A stretch of DNA of 58,417 bases, taken from Phoronis australis. Taxonomy: Eukaryota; Animalia; Phoronida. Shown here piece by piece: positions 12,901 through 28,400 of this stretch. Location: contig NMRA01000444.1 in assembly GCA_002633005.1 (NCBI GenBank), positions 1-58,417 of the forward strand, read 5' to 3'. The notes beneath the pieces were generated by a model. The model saw only the letters and a program-made list of their open reading frames with translations. It was not told the origin of the DNA and made no database searches. The stretch's first letter is position 1. Each line of letters opens with the position of its first letter. A program made the position numbers and the translations under genes.

Positions 12901-15900
12901 ATAGCAACGACTTGATCGTCGTTTTTCATTATTGTGTAAAGACATTTTGTAAGATTTTTCATGAGTCACTGACTGCCTTCCTTGGACATTTTACTATTCA
13001 TATAAATCAATCTACTAATTTTCGTATTTTTTATACCATTTATCACTCAAGAATACGACCGACGCCTGCCGCTAAAACCAGCAGCCGTCGCATAAATCAT
13101 TATCTTGATCTAACCTGACAACAAATTCCAAGGATATGCATTATGGTCCGTGGTCGTGGGCTGTACAGGTTGTGATCTATATTAAATGATACCCAAAGTG
13201 GATATGGTGCCTATTAATTCTTTGAAATTCAGCGCTTTCTGTACACATTTGCCCTTGAATGTAGCCTACTATATTCTGGAAAACGCTTCAAGAACGAATA
13301 TTAGAACCCTCTGAAATGAAAGATTTGCAACAAAATTAACATAGATTTCTTGTACAGGTGTTTCGCTTCAGTTGTATGAGTGGTGCTAAAATTATCGTCA
13401 ACGCCTATCGGATTTTATCACCAAAATGTAAAAGGGCCAATTTTATTAAAAATATTCCGGTTATTAACCATTCCATCTAGGTGTAAGGCTAATCTATGTA
13501 ACAAAAATCTGTGATATGCCAAGTTACCACTTTTTCCTGACTTTCTGGTGCAGTCACTCTTGTTGTTCTTTGCGATTAATTACCAACGAATGTCTCAAAT
13601 ACTATATATCAACATGCTACTCTATATTTAGTTGACATCTACAGTTCTACTGCAATAACCTTCAAGGTGATGTATGTGTCCAGAAGTCCGTGTTTTGCAA
13701 ATTTTTCAAGATTCGTAGAATTTTCCGCAAATTTATTTTGATCAAATGGTTTGCTCCAACACCCGACAAGAAGTTTTAGTGCCTTGAGGCAGTAAACACT
13801 CAATATTTGCAATTATCGGTTGTACTACGTTATAATCATGGAATAGTTAGAGACATTTGATCGATGAGCGCTGATTGTTAATGCTTAGTTCTTATCACAT
13901 TGTTCTGAATGGGTATTTACGATGCCCTTCTAATTCACTGTAATTACCAGAGACACATGTGGCAAAAAGGTCAAGCAAAAAAACGGATTCAAAGAGGTGG
14001 TGGCGGTGAAGATCGTGCGCATGCGACTGAAGGAGCGAAAGGGGGTTCATCCAGCCAACGATTAAGACCGTTTGGTGATGAGTCGGGAGGTCAGTAAGGA
14101 GACACTCAAAAATTTTGCTGATTTGGGGCTAAAAAATCCACTAGTCTTTTTCACAAGGTGTACAAGACCTGAAAATGTGAACAATATGCTAGGCTTAAAG
14201 TGTGCACAACATGACTCTAGTACCTCAAAATAAATGAAATTATTATATCTTACTTGATTTCAATGCCTATAGTGCACAGCTCATAAAGAAACGCAAAACT
14301 TGAAAAAATAATAATTATGTAAAACGTCATGGGTTGAACCCAAGTCGTTCACCATACTGTTCGGATTATAGACAAATTGTATAGGGTGAAGTGAAAGCAA
14401 AGTATATTTAGCGTTGAGAAGGTTCGTAAAGGGATGAAAAGGTGTGTTTCAGGAGGCTGCATGACGTTTTACATAATTATTATTTTTTCAAGTTTTGCGT
14501 TTCTTTATGTGGGCACGCAAGTTATGTGAATCTTGTAGGCACACAACAGCCCGATACCCAGCAGTCAGATAAATCCTCATGAAACCCCAAAAAATCAGGT
14601 TTGCTGACAACAATTGTGTAGCAGTCCTAGGTGTACAACGGCAACGAGGAGCGCTTGAAAGACTCTTTTAAAACAAGATGGGCAGCGCGAAAGAGTTGTT
14701 TTTTCCAACTCGTTCACAGTGAGTCTCAGGCAATGAAAACAAATAGCCTCGAGAGATTTACAAGACCAAAGTTTTGTGAACAAAGATCAAATTAAAATTA
14801 GCATGAACATTTATTAGTATACTTAAGTAACGTGCACTGTGTTCAACCAGATGTAAAAAACTCGTGACAAGCCGATGTCTGTTTTGATTTCATTCATTGT
14901 CACCTGATTATTGCTTTCGTATCTATTGAAAACTGTTGGCATGTTTTTCGATTTGCTCTGATTAGAACTACATGTATGAAAGGAAGCAGAAGATAAAGTT
15001 GTTGTTTGCACCGGCTGTCAAAGTTGCTATTCTACTCTTAACTGTTCTGAAGTTAGTGCTGGTGGATAACAATAACTGACTTTCGAAATGTCCGCGGCGT
15101 GTTCAAATTATTCTTGTTTAGTTTTATAATATCTGGAAAAGTAAATATGCAATGTCTGTGGTATCATTAAAATCCATCTTTCCTCTCATTTCTGACTCAA
15201 TGTTGGAGTAATTGCATTCCTTGGTGTCTGGGATTTTTTTATTATACTCTACTCTCATGTCACAGATTACAACGTAATCTGAAACGAAACTGTGTTTACA
15301 GAAAAAAATCGAATATTTATATCATATAACTTTGATTTTCTTCATCAGAAATCTGATGAAAGACATCTTTTTACCTATAGTGTAAGTCTTTGTTTTGTGT
15401 AATGTAAGATTTGTGACGAACGTGAATTCGGCCACATAAACATGTATAGCCTTTTGTCGCAAAAACAGCTTCAGGGGTGTCGAGAAACTATAAGCCCAAA
15501 GTCTTACTTTTTCCATCTTAGCAATTTTGTAAGATCGTCCTTGCACAACACATGGCTAAAATCATCACCTAAACACAGCAATAAACTTCAATAACGCACT
15601 GCGTTGAAACACTCTCACGACTACACCACAACTAGTATGATTCTAAGGATGTTTATCAGTACATGTACATTTACATGTACATTTACATGTACATGTACAT
15701 GTACAAGTACCATGAACTGGCGACCAGACTGCGCAGAATGCCTCAAACCTTTACGAAACTCAAAATGCGTCGTCTCTTCAAACAGGCCTGGTACGTAAAA
15801 ACACACCAAATTCCGTTATCCACAGTGTTTCTCTGTTGCTGAAACAAAATTCAACTTGAGTACAAAGTATTGCTTTACGATTTGTTCACAAAGATTTTAA

Positions 15901-18900
15901 AATTCTATTGATGTCAAAGCATTTTTCTTTTAGTTCCAAATTTCAAAAACAAACGACCTGTCAACTGCTCGTCACTTCACGCATGTTTCTCCCACATTCC
16001 AAGGTCCCTCTCAGAGAACGAAGAAGTCCGAGAAAACGAGGCAAAAGACCACTAAAAAGGCAGGAATTCGGTTAATTCACAATTCATACATGTAGTTCAG
16101 AACCAACCCCTTGTGTTTTGTTCTTTTTGTAATCAGTAAAAGGTTGACATTCTCAAACCTTTGTCCCCCCTATATTTAAGGCTACATGCCCGCATACAAG
16201 GACGTTTGTTAACACACACGTATGCTTGAGTAACTTGAAAAGACTTCAAAAACAACTATTACTTCGATTGCGCACATGAGCGCTGACTCAGCGGATAAAG
16301 TTGCGGACGGTGAGCCCTTTAATGTACAAGTAAAGTACGGTCTTCACGACAACATCCTTTGGTTTCTTAATTGTTATCCATATTGTTCGGAAAAATTTGC
16401 TTGCTCAGCCGTGTTTATGTGTGATGTTTTGCCTTCAGCACAGATTTCCCTTCGTGCATTTGCTTGAATTTTAGAGATGATGTATTAAAAACAAAATAAA
16501 CTTACGATGAAATGTTATTCACCAAAATGATTTCAAGGGACAATAACTTAACAACTTCCGAAATTTGACCCATTCATGTTGAAAAAGTGCCGACTAAGTT
16601 AACAAAGATCCTGAAACAGGTTTACAACCGTTGATGCAAAGAAGAAACAAATTTACCACAGTACTTGGACGCGTTTGAACATCAACATTACCCGTGGTAT
16701 CAGCAGGAACACACCGGTTGATTTTCATTGTGGTCCTTATCAGCAGATGAAGAGGCGGACGACAAAACAGACTCGGCCATAGCATTTCTGCTAGGTTAGA
16801 CGGAATACGCGAAGTCCGTTCAACCATAGTCTATGGTTCAACAAGGAACAGGCGAAATCGTCCCAAAGGGTGACAGCCTTACACATATTTGCCGAAAACA
16901 GTAACATTTTTACCAATGAAATAAAAGTGTAGTAAATTGCACTCAGAAGTGTAAATATACTACCGCAGATTTAGAAAAACGTAATAACGCCTTAGGTGCT
17001 CTGTAAGGACGTGTGAAGGCGCTTGTGGGATCACTAGTACCGTTGTACGACCAAAAAAAATCAATGCCTCGATAATGTTTCAAGTTTTCGTTTTAGTCGA
17101 ACGTCAGTTGCGAGAACTTTTCAAGTAGGTCTTCAGAATCTGTGCTGTCTCCATAATGTTTGCGACCTCCCGAACTGAGTGTGCTTTGTACGAATCCATT
17201 TTCGTGAGCATCATCGCAACTATAAAAACCTACAATACAAACCCAAATTTAAGGTCAATCTGATGCATTCTTTTGAGTCCGCAGACGATTACTACATGTA
17301 AAGATGAACCAAAAAGGATCTCAGTCAACTAAAAATTTGCGTAATGAGTCCTCTTGAAGAACGTTTGACAAAACCCCCAGAACAAACTTACATGATCGAT
17401 GTAACGAGAAAACTGGTAAAATTAATCAATTTCAGCTGCCAGATCACCTAGTTTTAGCACAGAGCACGATGTGGACCGTGCTCAACTGCACGATCTGTCT
17501 AGAGAGACGGAGACTTGGCAGCGATCGCCTGTGGAAAAAAAGCAGAGTGGTGAGTAATTTTATCGCTAGTCCAACAGCTAGACTCACACACTTTCATAAA
17601 GTATATTAAATCTACTTGATATACACTAGAAATGAAAACTCCACGTCCTCATTACGACGACACCACGTTGTGTATTTTCAAGAAACACTTCTCATAGTTT
17701 TTTCAATTTCATTACACGCCAACGTAGTGGACGGCCTACCATCCTCATTTGGGTATAACTACTGATGATGCGCATGCAAAATTATGAGTGCAATATGAGC
17801 TGAAGATTTATGGAACATTGAAGTGAATGGTAATGTATACTAAACCACTATTACATAAGAAATCGATGTTTTATTCGACTGTTACCCAAATTTTGATAGA
17901 CGTCACTTCTGTTCCTATAGCAATCATTGATGGAGCATCTGGCGGAGATTTTCGGTGCGAAGGGGTGCAAGTTACAGTACCGCCAAATGCAACACCTGGA
18001 TCAATAAAAATTGCAGTAGTAGACCAGCCGTTATTAGGGCAAGCAATACATGACAACACGAAAGGCAATGCTTACCTCCATCGTCAGGGAATACAGGTGA
18101 CTCATGGCACGGATGAAAATGCAGTGCTATCAAAACCGGTGGAAGTGCGAGTGTCTGTTAAATCAATATTGGAAGAAGCAGGGGTTCGAGGACTAGACAG
18201 ACCAGATTTTCTTATACATTTGTTTCTGGAAAAAAATGGGACAGTAACCGACTGCAGTTCCGAGAGTCATATCGAGCGACGTGGGCAGGAAATATCCTTC
18301 TGCACCAAGATGTTTGGTTGTTTTCACATTGTGTGGGGTCTCGCTAAAAATGCTGTCAAAACAATCATAGAAACTATCAAAAAGTCATACGTGTGCCACA
18401 TATGCCCGTTCTTAGAAGGCGAAAGAAATGGGTTCATAGTAAATCTATATTGTCATGGCGTAGGCGTGGTGTGTTCTGCTGAAGCTAAACACGATTGTGT
18501 ATTTGAAGGAGAACAGGTGCGCGTGACAGATAAAACTGTGCTCCAGTTTGAAGTTAAATGCAGGTGTATTAAGAGTAGTGGCACGATAAAAATTCCCTCC
18601 AAAAGGTTTGAGCTTCACAGAAGTCGTTGCGAAAGTAAAGGCATACGGTTTTCGGAGGCTGAGCCCGATGTCAAACCACTTGTAGGTGAAAAGGTTCAAC
18701 TGGAGGTGAAGGAGTTAACCTGGGGTAAAAGGCTGCTATACAAAGCTGTGCCGGTTCATGTAAGTACTTTCCAAATTACTTGGGTGCTGTCACGCTTGAG
18801 CACCACGCTTGTGGTATATTACTAGTGTACCATGAGTCCGCATTTCTGGAACTTCGATTAAAACAATTTGACTTGGGAATGGTGGACATGAGATATAACC

Positions 18901-21900
18901 ATTCAATCAACCCTGCTCCCTGATCCAAATTCAGTTTGCTTGATCAATCAGGCTCATAAAAATATGAATTAAATGCTGTAACCCACAATGTAGCAGGCTT
19001 TGCACAGAATCAACCACATAGGGCTATGTAGATACATGTACATTGCGGGTCATAGCGGTTTTTGTGGAAAACCGCTTACAGTGTTACCTGTTTGTCAGTC
19101 TAAGGGTGTATAAGGGTTATGCAACGTCATCTCGCATGATGAAACACAACTCTCAGTCTTAATTGCCAGTTAAATTTTTGCCTGTGTAAATGGTGTTTTA
19201 ATTTCTCTTTCTGAATACTGAGTGGTGCACGGTGGTGCAAGCATCACTTCTGAGAGGAAAATGCATGCATTTGGGATGCAAAATGTTGAACTTATAGAGT
19301 TGTTACGTAATGAGGTGTCTTAAGGGAGAACCGACGTATTTGGAACAATACAACGTTGTGTTGAATGTGATTGTTACACTTAAGGAGGAATTTTTATACG
19401 TTACAGTATAACTGACAAAGTTTAAGCAGAGTAAACCCATACGATAGTGAACATTAGTAGGGGCTTCAAACCAATGGCATTTCACCAAGTTTTGCCACGT
19501 TCTTCCATCTGCTCTGTCCCTTATTTCAAATTATTCCCTTTCGCCTCTTCTTCCGCACACTGTTCGGCGTCAACAACACAAGTTTTCACAAAAGAAAGCA
19601 AATCATAAATCTATTCATACATGTAAACTGTAATAGGTCTGAGGTTTTCACTGGGGCGTGTGTTGCCCTGTTTGACTGATCTACCGAGAAGGGATGGAAC
19701 TGTATTAATAATTATTAATCTGTGTGCAATTTCGATTGGTTATAGGGGCAGTCAGCCTCCGGGACGGAACCTGTTACACCTTTTACACGCCATATTACTG
19801 GTAAGAAAGATTTAAAGTGTTCTTAGGTTGAACTTCATTCCGCTTCGTAGAGTATTCTGGGAAGGCATTATATTGATATAGATTATTGCGAAAAAGGAAG
19901 ATCTCTCGAGACGCAAAACCAAGCGCTTGACAATTAGAATTTTGCGAGTGCGATCGGAAGCTTACTTTCTGGCCTGCCGTAGAAAAGTCTCCTTTATCTG
20001 GAGTGATTCTACGGCAACACTGGAATGTTAAAATATATAATTGTGGATAATATTACCTTTGTTAAAAAATGGGTTTTCTCTGCGAGAGCAGCTCAAATAG
20101 GATTTAGCGGTTCACAAAACACACTCCGGTACTGTGTTCGTCACACAGTGCCCCAATAACTTGACCTCGAAACCAAAAATCTTCGCTCACGGAACGGAAG
20201 CGATCATTTCAAGACGATAATCCAATTTCGGTAAATTCCCAATGTACGAATTAGGTGATCATATAGGCACAAGCCGTATGGCCACTTCGCTAGGTGCGCG
20301 GGTGGGCGTTCAGTAATGCTATGTTAGATGCTAGGCCCTAGCTAAAATGTAGCCAACGCCACGTGTTCTCTTTTAAAATGCGCTGCGATATCTCTCGAAA
20401 TTTTGCGAAGTCTTTCTTTTTAGCGAGGTCGTAGTGTTAGTGAACGGGAGGTATATCTTAGTTCTAGCAAGTACGTCGTGGTCGATTGATGTGTGGTCCG
20501 TTGCTGGGACACACAATCAAAATGTAAAGACCTAAACGTCCACAAGATTGAAAGACAAAAAGAAAAAAATCAGATAGTGAGATATGTAAACAGGATAGAC
20601 AAATTATTCAATAGGAAAAGAGCATTTAGTGGTTCTCGACATGTCGAGAATTAGTAGTAGTACGTGTTTTAGTGTATGCTTTGGGCTAATTGTTACATGA
20701 ATTCTGTCTTAATAAAACATGCAATTTTCTTTATTACGTATGAAAATTACCAGGTGGATATTTTCACGATAGTGAACCGTGAATTTTCGTCCCAACAAGC
20801 AACTCCACTAAGCCTATCAGGTGAATAACACCAATGAGTCATCTTCGCTTGCCCTTGTCACACAGTGAATACTGTCAGCAGAATGTACATGTATACACTG
20901 TGTAATTTCGTAGGGATTTGGGTCTGCGATTTTGCCAAACTTGTACCATTTAACATTTTTGGACTCCAAAAAAGGTTAACTTTCGAAATAGACCTCAAAT
21001 TAGTACTACGGAAATATCCACAGGGTCTTCTCAGGATATACCTTGCAATTACAGCAATTCATATGCACGTACTCCACGGGACGTTTCATTTTTAGCTCGA
21101 ATGCACGCTGTTCTCACATTTCACCCCACGTTACTAAAGTCTAGTGAAAGTTCCGCCAACTAAGAACTTCCGCCTTCTTTGCACATCTGCAGCAAGTACG
21201 AGAAAGTTGTGCGAAGGTTGTTTTGACACAACTATTAATAAGTCAATTTTTTTGTAATCGGGAAAATTATTTTAAAAAATTCGTCGTAAGTCGATACTAA
21301 TTTGAATTTTTGATTTCACAATGAAAATTCTACGACAAAAGAATTTTCTTCCACTGGTTCTGAAACACCAATACAACCTTTGAATAGTGCACCCAGCCTG
21401 TATGACTGGCTACCATAAAAATGAGATAGATTACGTTGCTACATGTTTTTTCTTCGTGTTGACGAACTTAAGCCAGTGAAAACAATCCAGACATGAGCAT
21501 AGGCGGTGACTTTCAAAAGTCAATTCGTTGTCCTGTTTGTCTGTTCTTTCTTACTGCCATCTTTGTTTTGACCATTGTTGATGAAAACTTGAAAGAAGAA
21601 GACCTTCAATATTTGATTGTGCAGGGTATAGTGTGTGATTTATGCTGAATTGTTCAGTAGTTCTTTTAAGGACCATTTCTCAGTTTACACAGCGGTCACT
21701 TTACATTTGACAGAAAAAATGTTCACTTACAGACATTAAATTATAAAGAAACCGATTTTGGACTAGTAGCTTCGTTGCCGTCGATTATTTTTAATCAAAA
21801 ATTTCAAATGATTGAAACGAAAACATTTTTTATATACATATATACACACACACACATATATATATATAGTACAGTGTACATTTAGTTTAGTTTCCATGAC

Positions 21901-22094
21901 AATGCCTTCTGTAATTGCGCTCTTATGTATGCAACCTTATATTCGTGTTTAATGTCATTGTTCTTGTTTCATGTATCTTACACGATAGCGTTTATGATTT
22001 TTAAATTTATTTGCCTTTGAAGACTGATGTATAGTCGAAGTACCGCTACTGTTTTATTATGATATGTTTTGTGCAAAGTTTTATTATATATTTA

Positions 22095-22156
<62 letters not shown>

Positions 22157-22320
22157 CGTGATGCCACTTACACTGGGCGATCTATTATATCAACTACCAT
22201 CCGATGAAAGACACTTGTGTTGACACTACGAAAGTTTGTTGTACAAACTAATTAAAGCAAAGAACAGCTTACTTTTCAATGCAACATGTATAAAAGAAGG
22301 TCTGGTACCCAAATACACAG

Positions 22321-22368
<48 letters not shown>

Positions 22369-22376
22369 AGTTCTCT

Positions 22377-22421
<45 letters not shown>

Positions 22422-25400
22422 GAGTGCCCAAATACGATTTTGTAATAGCATTAATGTATTAGAGAGGCGGACTTAGGGCGGCAGGGCAGGCGGCACGGGC
22501 ACCCACCATTTGACAGACGCGAAAAGTAAAGCACCAAAAGCGCGGGAAACATTGCGTTCATTAATTAACCCCTGTAATTATCATATTGCCGAAAATTGAT
22601 TAGAGAAAATATGGAGTTTTAGTCTGTGTGTGGGGGGCGAAGGGTCCGATTTAGACCAACGTAGTTGTAACTACCTATACTGTATGGCTAAGTAATGTCG
22701 CTCCCGGTCGATATGCTCGTGGTATACCAGGTGGCTGCCAGTGGTGCAGCGCACCACCATCGTCTGCTCCATTGTGCATTTGTTCTTTCAAAGTAAACGT
22801 AAGCTCAGTGACAATGAGGAAACAGAAACTGCTGGTAGCATGTAAATTTTAATCAAATTCTCAGTGTAACAATCAAAATCTCATAATTGTTTATTTGTAA
22901 AACATTAAAACCAAGGCGATTTGCAAATCAAGCGCTAGTTAATGCCATCCCTAAAAACGGATTTGGTCTTTTGGTCAACTGAAGACTGTTTTAATCTTAA
23001 CTTCTGCTACGAACTGTGTGAACACTGCGGAAAAAGCAGGTTCTCGCCAAGGCTGTGGACCATAAAAAAGTTTATCTCCTACAGTACCTCAGTAGTTGAA
23101 GCACTGTGGACAATTGAAGACCAGACGCGCTAGAGTCAATAGTTTGTTTGTTTGAATCCGTACAGTTTCAATAATTATTCAGGTTTAAATCACCTTGCCG
23201 TCGAAGGCTGGTTATACCTAAGAAATCATGAAAAATGCTTGTTTTCAGAGGAGAAAACAAAATCTTACCATGGACGGAAGGGCGTGAAAGCCTCCTCTCT
23301 TTCGGCGCCTCTATAATGGCGGAAAAAATGTTGCCCTCCACTCGATACCCTAGATCCTCCACTGCATAAACTTTGAATCAAAACAGTTCTGAATAAGTTT
23401 ATGCAAGCAGACGACAAAACTAGTCAGCACAAAAGTAAGAGCAGGCGTGCGTTCAGTAGACGCTAGGACCTACGCTAGGGCCTGGCTACAATCTAGTCAA
23501 GGTCACGCGTTCTTATTTAAAATACACGGCAATATCTCACGTAATCTCAAGACGTCTTGCTTTTTAGGGAGGTCCTAGCGTTACTGAACGGGAGACAGAC
23601 CTGTGTACCATAAGCAAAAAATGCAAATTCGTACGGAAATCAAGCCTCCAGTACCCAAGTACGCACGGCCAGGCAAAAATACGCAAATTCAGCAAATTCC
23701 AAAGGGATTATTAATTCACTTGTTTATCGCAGATTTGTGGTCTAAACGGACGGGAAAGGAGGTTTTCAAGTTAGAAATAACAGAACATATTGTAAAATCA
23801 TTATTTTAGCCAAAAAGTTGAGCTACAGACTCGGAAAACTTCCTTCGTTTCATTCTCGAAATAGCCTGATAATCGGCGAATCGCGAGGCCTCTTCTATCG
23901 GTATGCGTGTCACAGGCCTAACCTATAAGCAACAACTTCTGTTATTTGTTGATTACTTACTTCGTTTAATAGTCCTTTTGCGAGTTGATAACAATAACGC
24001 GAGATTACGTGAGATTTAACTGTGACGTCACGGGAAGTAGGGCAAAAGCTTGTTGTTTGGCTCATTTGCCCAATACGTTAGCAGAGTGTGTTCTGTTATT
24101 TTCTTCCACTTTTTGGCCGTTAAGTTCGAAAAATGCCAAACAAGCATTGCTGTTATGGCAAATGAAATTCAGATTCGCACTACAATACGTTCTATCGCGT
24201 TTTTTTTACTAATTTCGTTTCGTGTATTTTAAACGGGCGATAGGCGAAATCCGCTCACTGATTATGTTTTCACCACGTCAAAAATACATTCTACATCTAA
24301 AATTGTCACCTAAAAAGACGCTTACTTTCCCCAGTGGTCCTTTCTGCTTCTAAACATATCTTCGATGAAGCATAGCTACGGGAATTCAATTGACTTTGGC
24401 GAAGAATTCCAACTCCACGTTAAGGTTACTGTTAACTTCAACCGCGCGCGCGATAACCGCAAAGTAGTTAACTGGTCAGGTGAGTATGAGACAAAGGCTA
24501 GCGCGAGACTGAGTGAAGCGTGAGACCTGGCGCGTGACACTTGCAAAATAACATGAGAACATATCAAGTGAATTTGTAAGATTTGTTTTCCTTGGACTTA
24601 TTGTTCGTGATTTCACGTAACTTCCTCAAAATGGCGCACTGTTAGAGAAACTTGAGCGAACCGCGAGGTTTTCATGGATAGGTTCAAGTTATTTGTATCC
24701 AGAGTCAGGGTATGTGTTAATTCATTATAACTCCATGTGCGCATATGCATGTTTCATTTGATTTTATTTGCTGTATTTTGAAGTGAGTCAGTTCTTATGG
24801 GGATAAACTATCGCTCCTGTACGCTTGCGGCATTCGGCCTAGACCGGGTTGAGTTCCAATTTCAGTCCGTTCACAGCTGCGCACAACATAACAAGTTCAC
24901 ATTTTCTTCGTCCATTCACAGTTATTCCACGATCCATCTACCATCTTTTAAGTTGTGATAGCGTTTTAAGCGTAAAATTCACCATAAGAACTCCAGTAAA
25001 ATTTAGCGTGTGTACATGTAGCAATATGGCGGGTTTTGCCCCTTTTCCGGTGACGTCACATTGACTAACGAGAAACTCGCAAGTGAGCTATTCCGGCTAT
25101 TTGCGGCCAATTACATATTGTTAACAAAATGGCAAAGCACGAGAGGTCGCACATTCCGAGCTGTGAAGAAAGTAGCTTCTGAAAGAAGGGAACGCCTGTT
25201 TTGAGACGTTATTCCAAAGAATGACAATGTCTTATTCAAGGGACCGTGGAATTTAGTGACTACAAGTTGTATAGCGTGTTTTTTGCGGACATTGTGACTG
25301 CACTGACTTCGTAGCTTGTTGAACTGACGATAAAACTCGAGCCACAGTCGAGCATGAAGTACGGTGGTACGTGTTCACAGACACTTGCATTGAATAATTA

Positions 25401-28400
25401 TTCAAAACTTTTGTGAATGGTTAAGAAAATATCGGTGCAAAACATTGTCCAGTGCAAATTCATCAGCACATTTTTGCAGATATGTTTTTGTGTTAAGAGA
25501 CGAGGTGTACATAAGGCATGTATTAACATAACTAAGTTCAGTAAGGACATTTTGTGTTGAGTAACAGGATCTTTTCGCTAAGCGCATTGTACTTCAACTA
25601 AACAATTTATATTATTTTGAAAATTGGTGATCAATTCACTACATGTGTTTTAGAAATTGAAACTGTTTGAGAGGCAAGGAAAAGTACCCATGCGCGTACC
25701 CGGGGGGCTTGAATGAGTCCATATGTGCCAAAGTGGGCGAAAAGGTCCCGAGAGAAACCAAAAGTGCGATAAAACTAAAGAGGCAAGAATTTGGCGATGC
25801 TAAGCAGCTAAACTAAGCCCCCTCTTTTTTATTTTTTATTTTTATTTTTTTAGTCGGTAAATTTGTTCTGTACGTGGCGGAAGTCTGCAAATTTACTGGA
25901 TAATCTGCAAATCTGGCGTTCAGAGTACCCTAATGTAGTTTGTAGAGGATAGTGGCATAACATGAGCACAAACCTTTCGAGACATTCAGTTTGAGATAAA
26001 AAAGAATGAGAATTGAAACGAACACTGGAGCTTTCAACTAACAATTAGCAACGTTTGTCGTCTAAGTGTCAGCAGGAAATGTGGTTTGGTGACAAATCTA
26101 TGTAACGTCGCCAAACATGTAGCCAGTCCCCTATTGAAGGAGAAAACTTCTTGTCAAGTTGTTTTTAATAAATTCCGAGAACAGAGTCTTTGCTCCGGAC
26201 GAGGTTGTAACATCTATCTTTATCATTGCGCAATTTATGAATGAATACTCCTCCTCAGAAAACTCTGCTGGTGGCTTAGAGTTTTCTTGCAAAAGATCCT
26301 GTTCCAGACTCGAGAAGTTTTTTGTATGAAGCTCAAATTGGAGACCGTTTGTATTTGAAAATTATTCAGAGTTAGGTAGGTCATAGACTCATTGGCAAAC
26401 AACATTAGTGCCAAGCCGTTGACGATTACACTTACAGGTGTATGTCACCATAGCGACATGTAAAGACCTCTATTTTGAAAAATCATCTTAAAAATTTTTC
26501 AATGGAAACGTCTCCTGTGTCGTCTGGTCTTTTCGAGTATAACAGCAAGTAGTAGAACATTATAATTTAATACTGGAGCATGTGTAACTTGACACAGCGT
26601 TGGATCCTGTGCAAACTAGTAGAAGACAGCTACAGTACCAGCCTGTTAACTTATAATTGTGTCAATTTGTTCTCAGGAATTACGGACCCGGCAACCGAAC
26701 GTCATCACCAGCTGTTACGAGAGATATCTGACCGTCTCATTGAACGGGATTTTGACAGACTAAAGCAAGAGTGTACACGTTGGATAAAGTAAGAAAAGCA
26801 TTTTTATTGTGAATTATACGTGCACCGTGCATGTCTGCTAATAATCGCTACGCTTTAAAGTCCTGCTCTCACACGTTGTTAACCCTTATTAAATAGTTAG
26901 AGAATGTTAAAAGGATCCAAGAAGTACCTACCACATAACTAATACACGATCCGTACTCGAAAAAATTCTAAATGAACGCGCCACTCACGATTCGCACCCG
27001 AAGAACCACCGCCATTTTGAACTTGCCACGAACCCGGAAGTACAATTTATTCAGGAACCCAGGCCGAAAAAACGCCGTCAGTGCGACTGGAGCAGTGCCT
27101 GTACTTTTACCAGCCAGCAAACGGGGATAAAATAATCGACAGGGTGCCTTAATTTTAATAAAATCAAACTACGGAAAATTTTATCGAATTTGCTGATGAA
27201 ATATGGCGAATAAATTTTGACAGAAATTATTTTGCCAGACTCGGGACCGCAGCCTATCGGACCCGGTGCAGATCGAGACCAGACACTGGCGAACGGTAAA
27301 TGCGTGCGGTTGCAAGCTGTTTTGTCGAAATAAAATGGTCAAATCATCAATGCTGCATATATTCAAGGGTAGTTTCAGACACTTGCATGAAATTACTTGC
27401 TGGTTAGTCATTTGTCACACTGCCGTGGCAGACCTTAGTTAGCCTCAGTCACCAGCTACCAGTGAAGACTATCGTCAAAATACACCTTGTTAGTAGGCCT
27501 ATACAGTTTTGCGTGAAGGCTACCCTTAGGCCTAACTCGCTCAAACGAGGTTTATTTAGAACTTGGGTACATCTAGCGAACTGTGCAAAGTTGTTGGCTT
27601 TCAATAGACATTTTCCCAGACTTTATATGAGCGCACCAAGCCTAAAAGAATGGGGGGCTGGAATTTTTGGGAATGTTTATCTTTTACTGTAAGATTCTTA
27701 ATTTTGGTACTTCCTGTCTCTAGTGGAATATTGTCTCATTTTCTACTTTTTTCGAAATTCGTGCTTCTGTGACTGAGGCAGACCTTTTTCTAGTTCTCCA
27801 AAAAGGGGGCTCGTTCGAGCACATAAGTATGACAAGTCCAATACAACATGCTATCATTTTTTATTCATTAACCCAAAATGATTCAAACTTTTAACATAAT
27901 AAGTAACTTAAAATGCACAATACTTTACAACGTTTAGCATTACAAACACTATTCAACAGCAACAGTTTCCATGATATGAAAGTGGACATACATGTAACTA
28001 TTACCATGGTGACGGAATAGTGTTTCCTTACACCAGAATTTGACAAGCATCATTTAAAAAATACGAAGTTGCAAGGAACAAGAATTAGAGGCTTGAAGCT
28101 TCACAATCCAACATAGCTTATTTCTCAAATTAAGATTATTCATATTGTTGACTTGAGCGATAACCTGAATTAAGAAGCAATAAGTTACAAAACATGACTT
28201 GAAAGCAATTGAGACTTAAAATTTTGAAAAATATGAATCATTTTGTGACACCGAATCAAGTCTTGAACAGCAGTTGACAGTCAAACAAAAAACCATTTCA
28301 AAATTATTTCAATTATTTTTTTAGCTTAGTGTAAGATCACCTGAATGGGAAATTTACAGTAAAATAATTCGAATATATCTTATTTTTTTGCACAAAAACA

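Noticed and set aside
17827-18825. 332-aa ORF as a stand-alone gene
   Set aside because: Internal exon; both ends run into intron past clear splice sites
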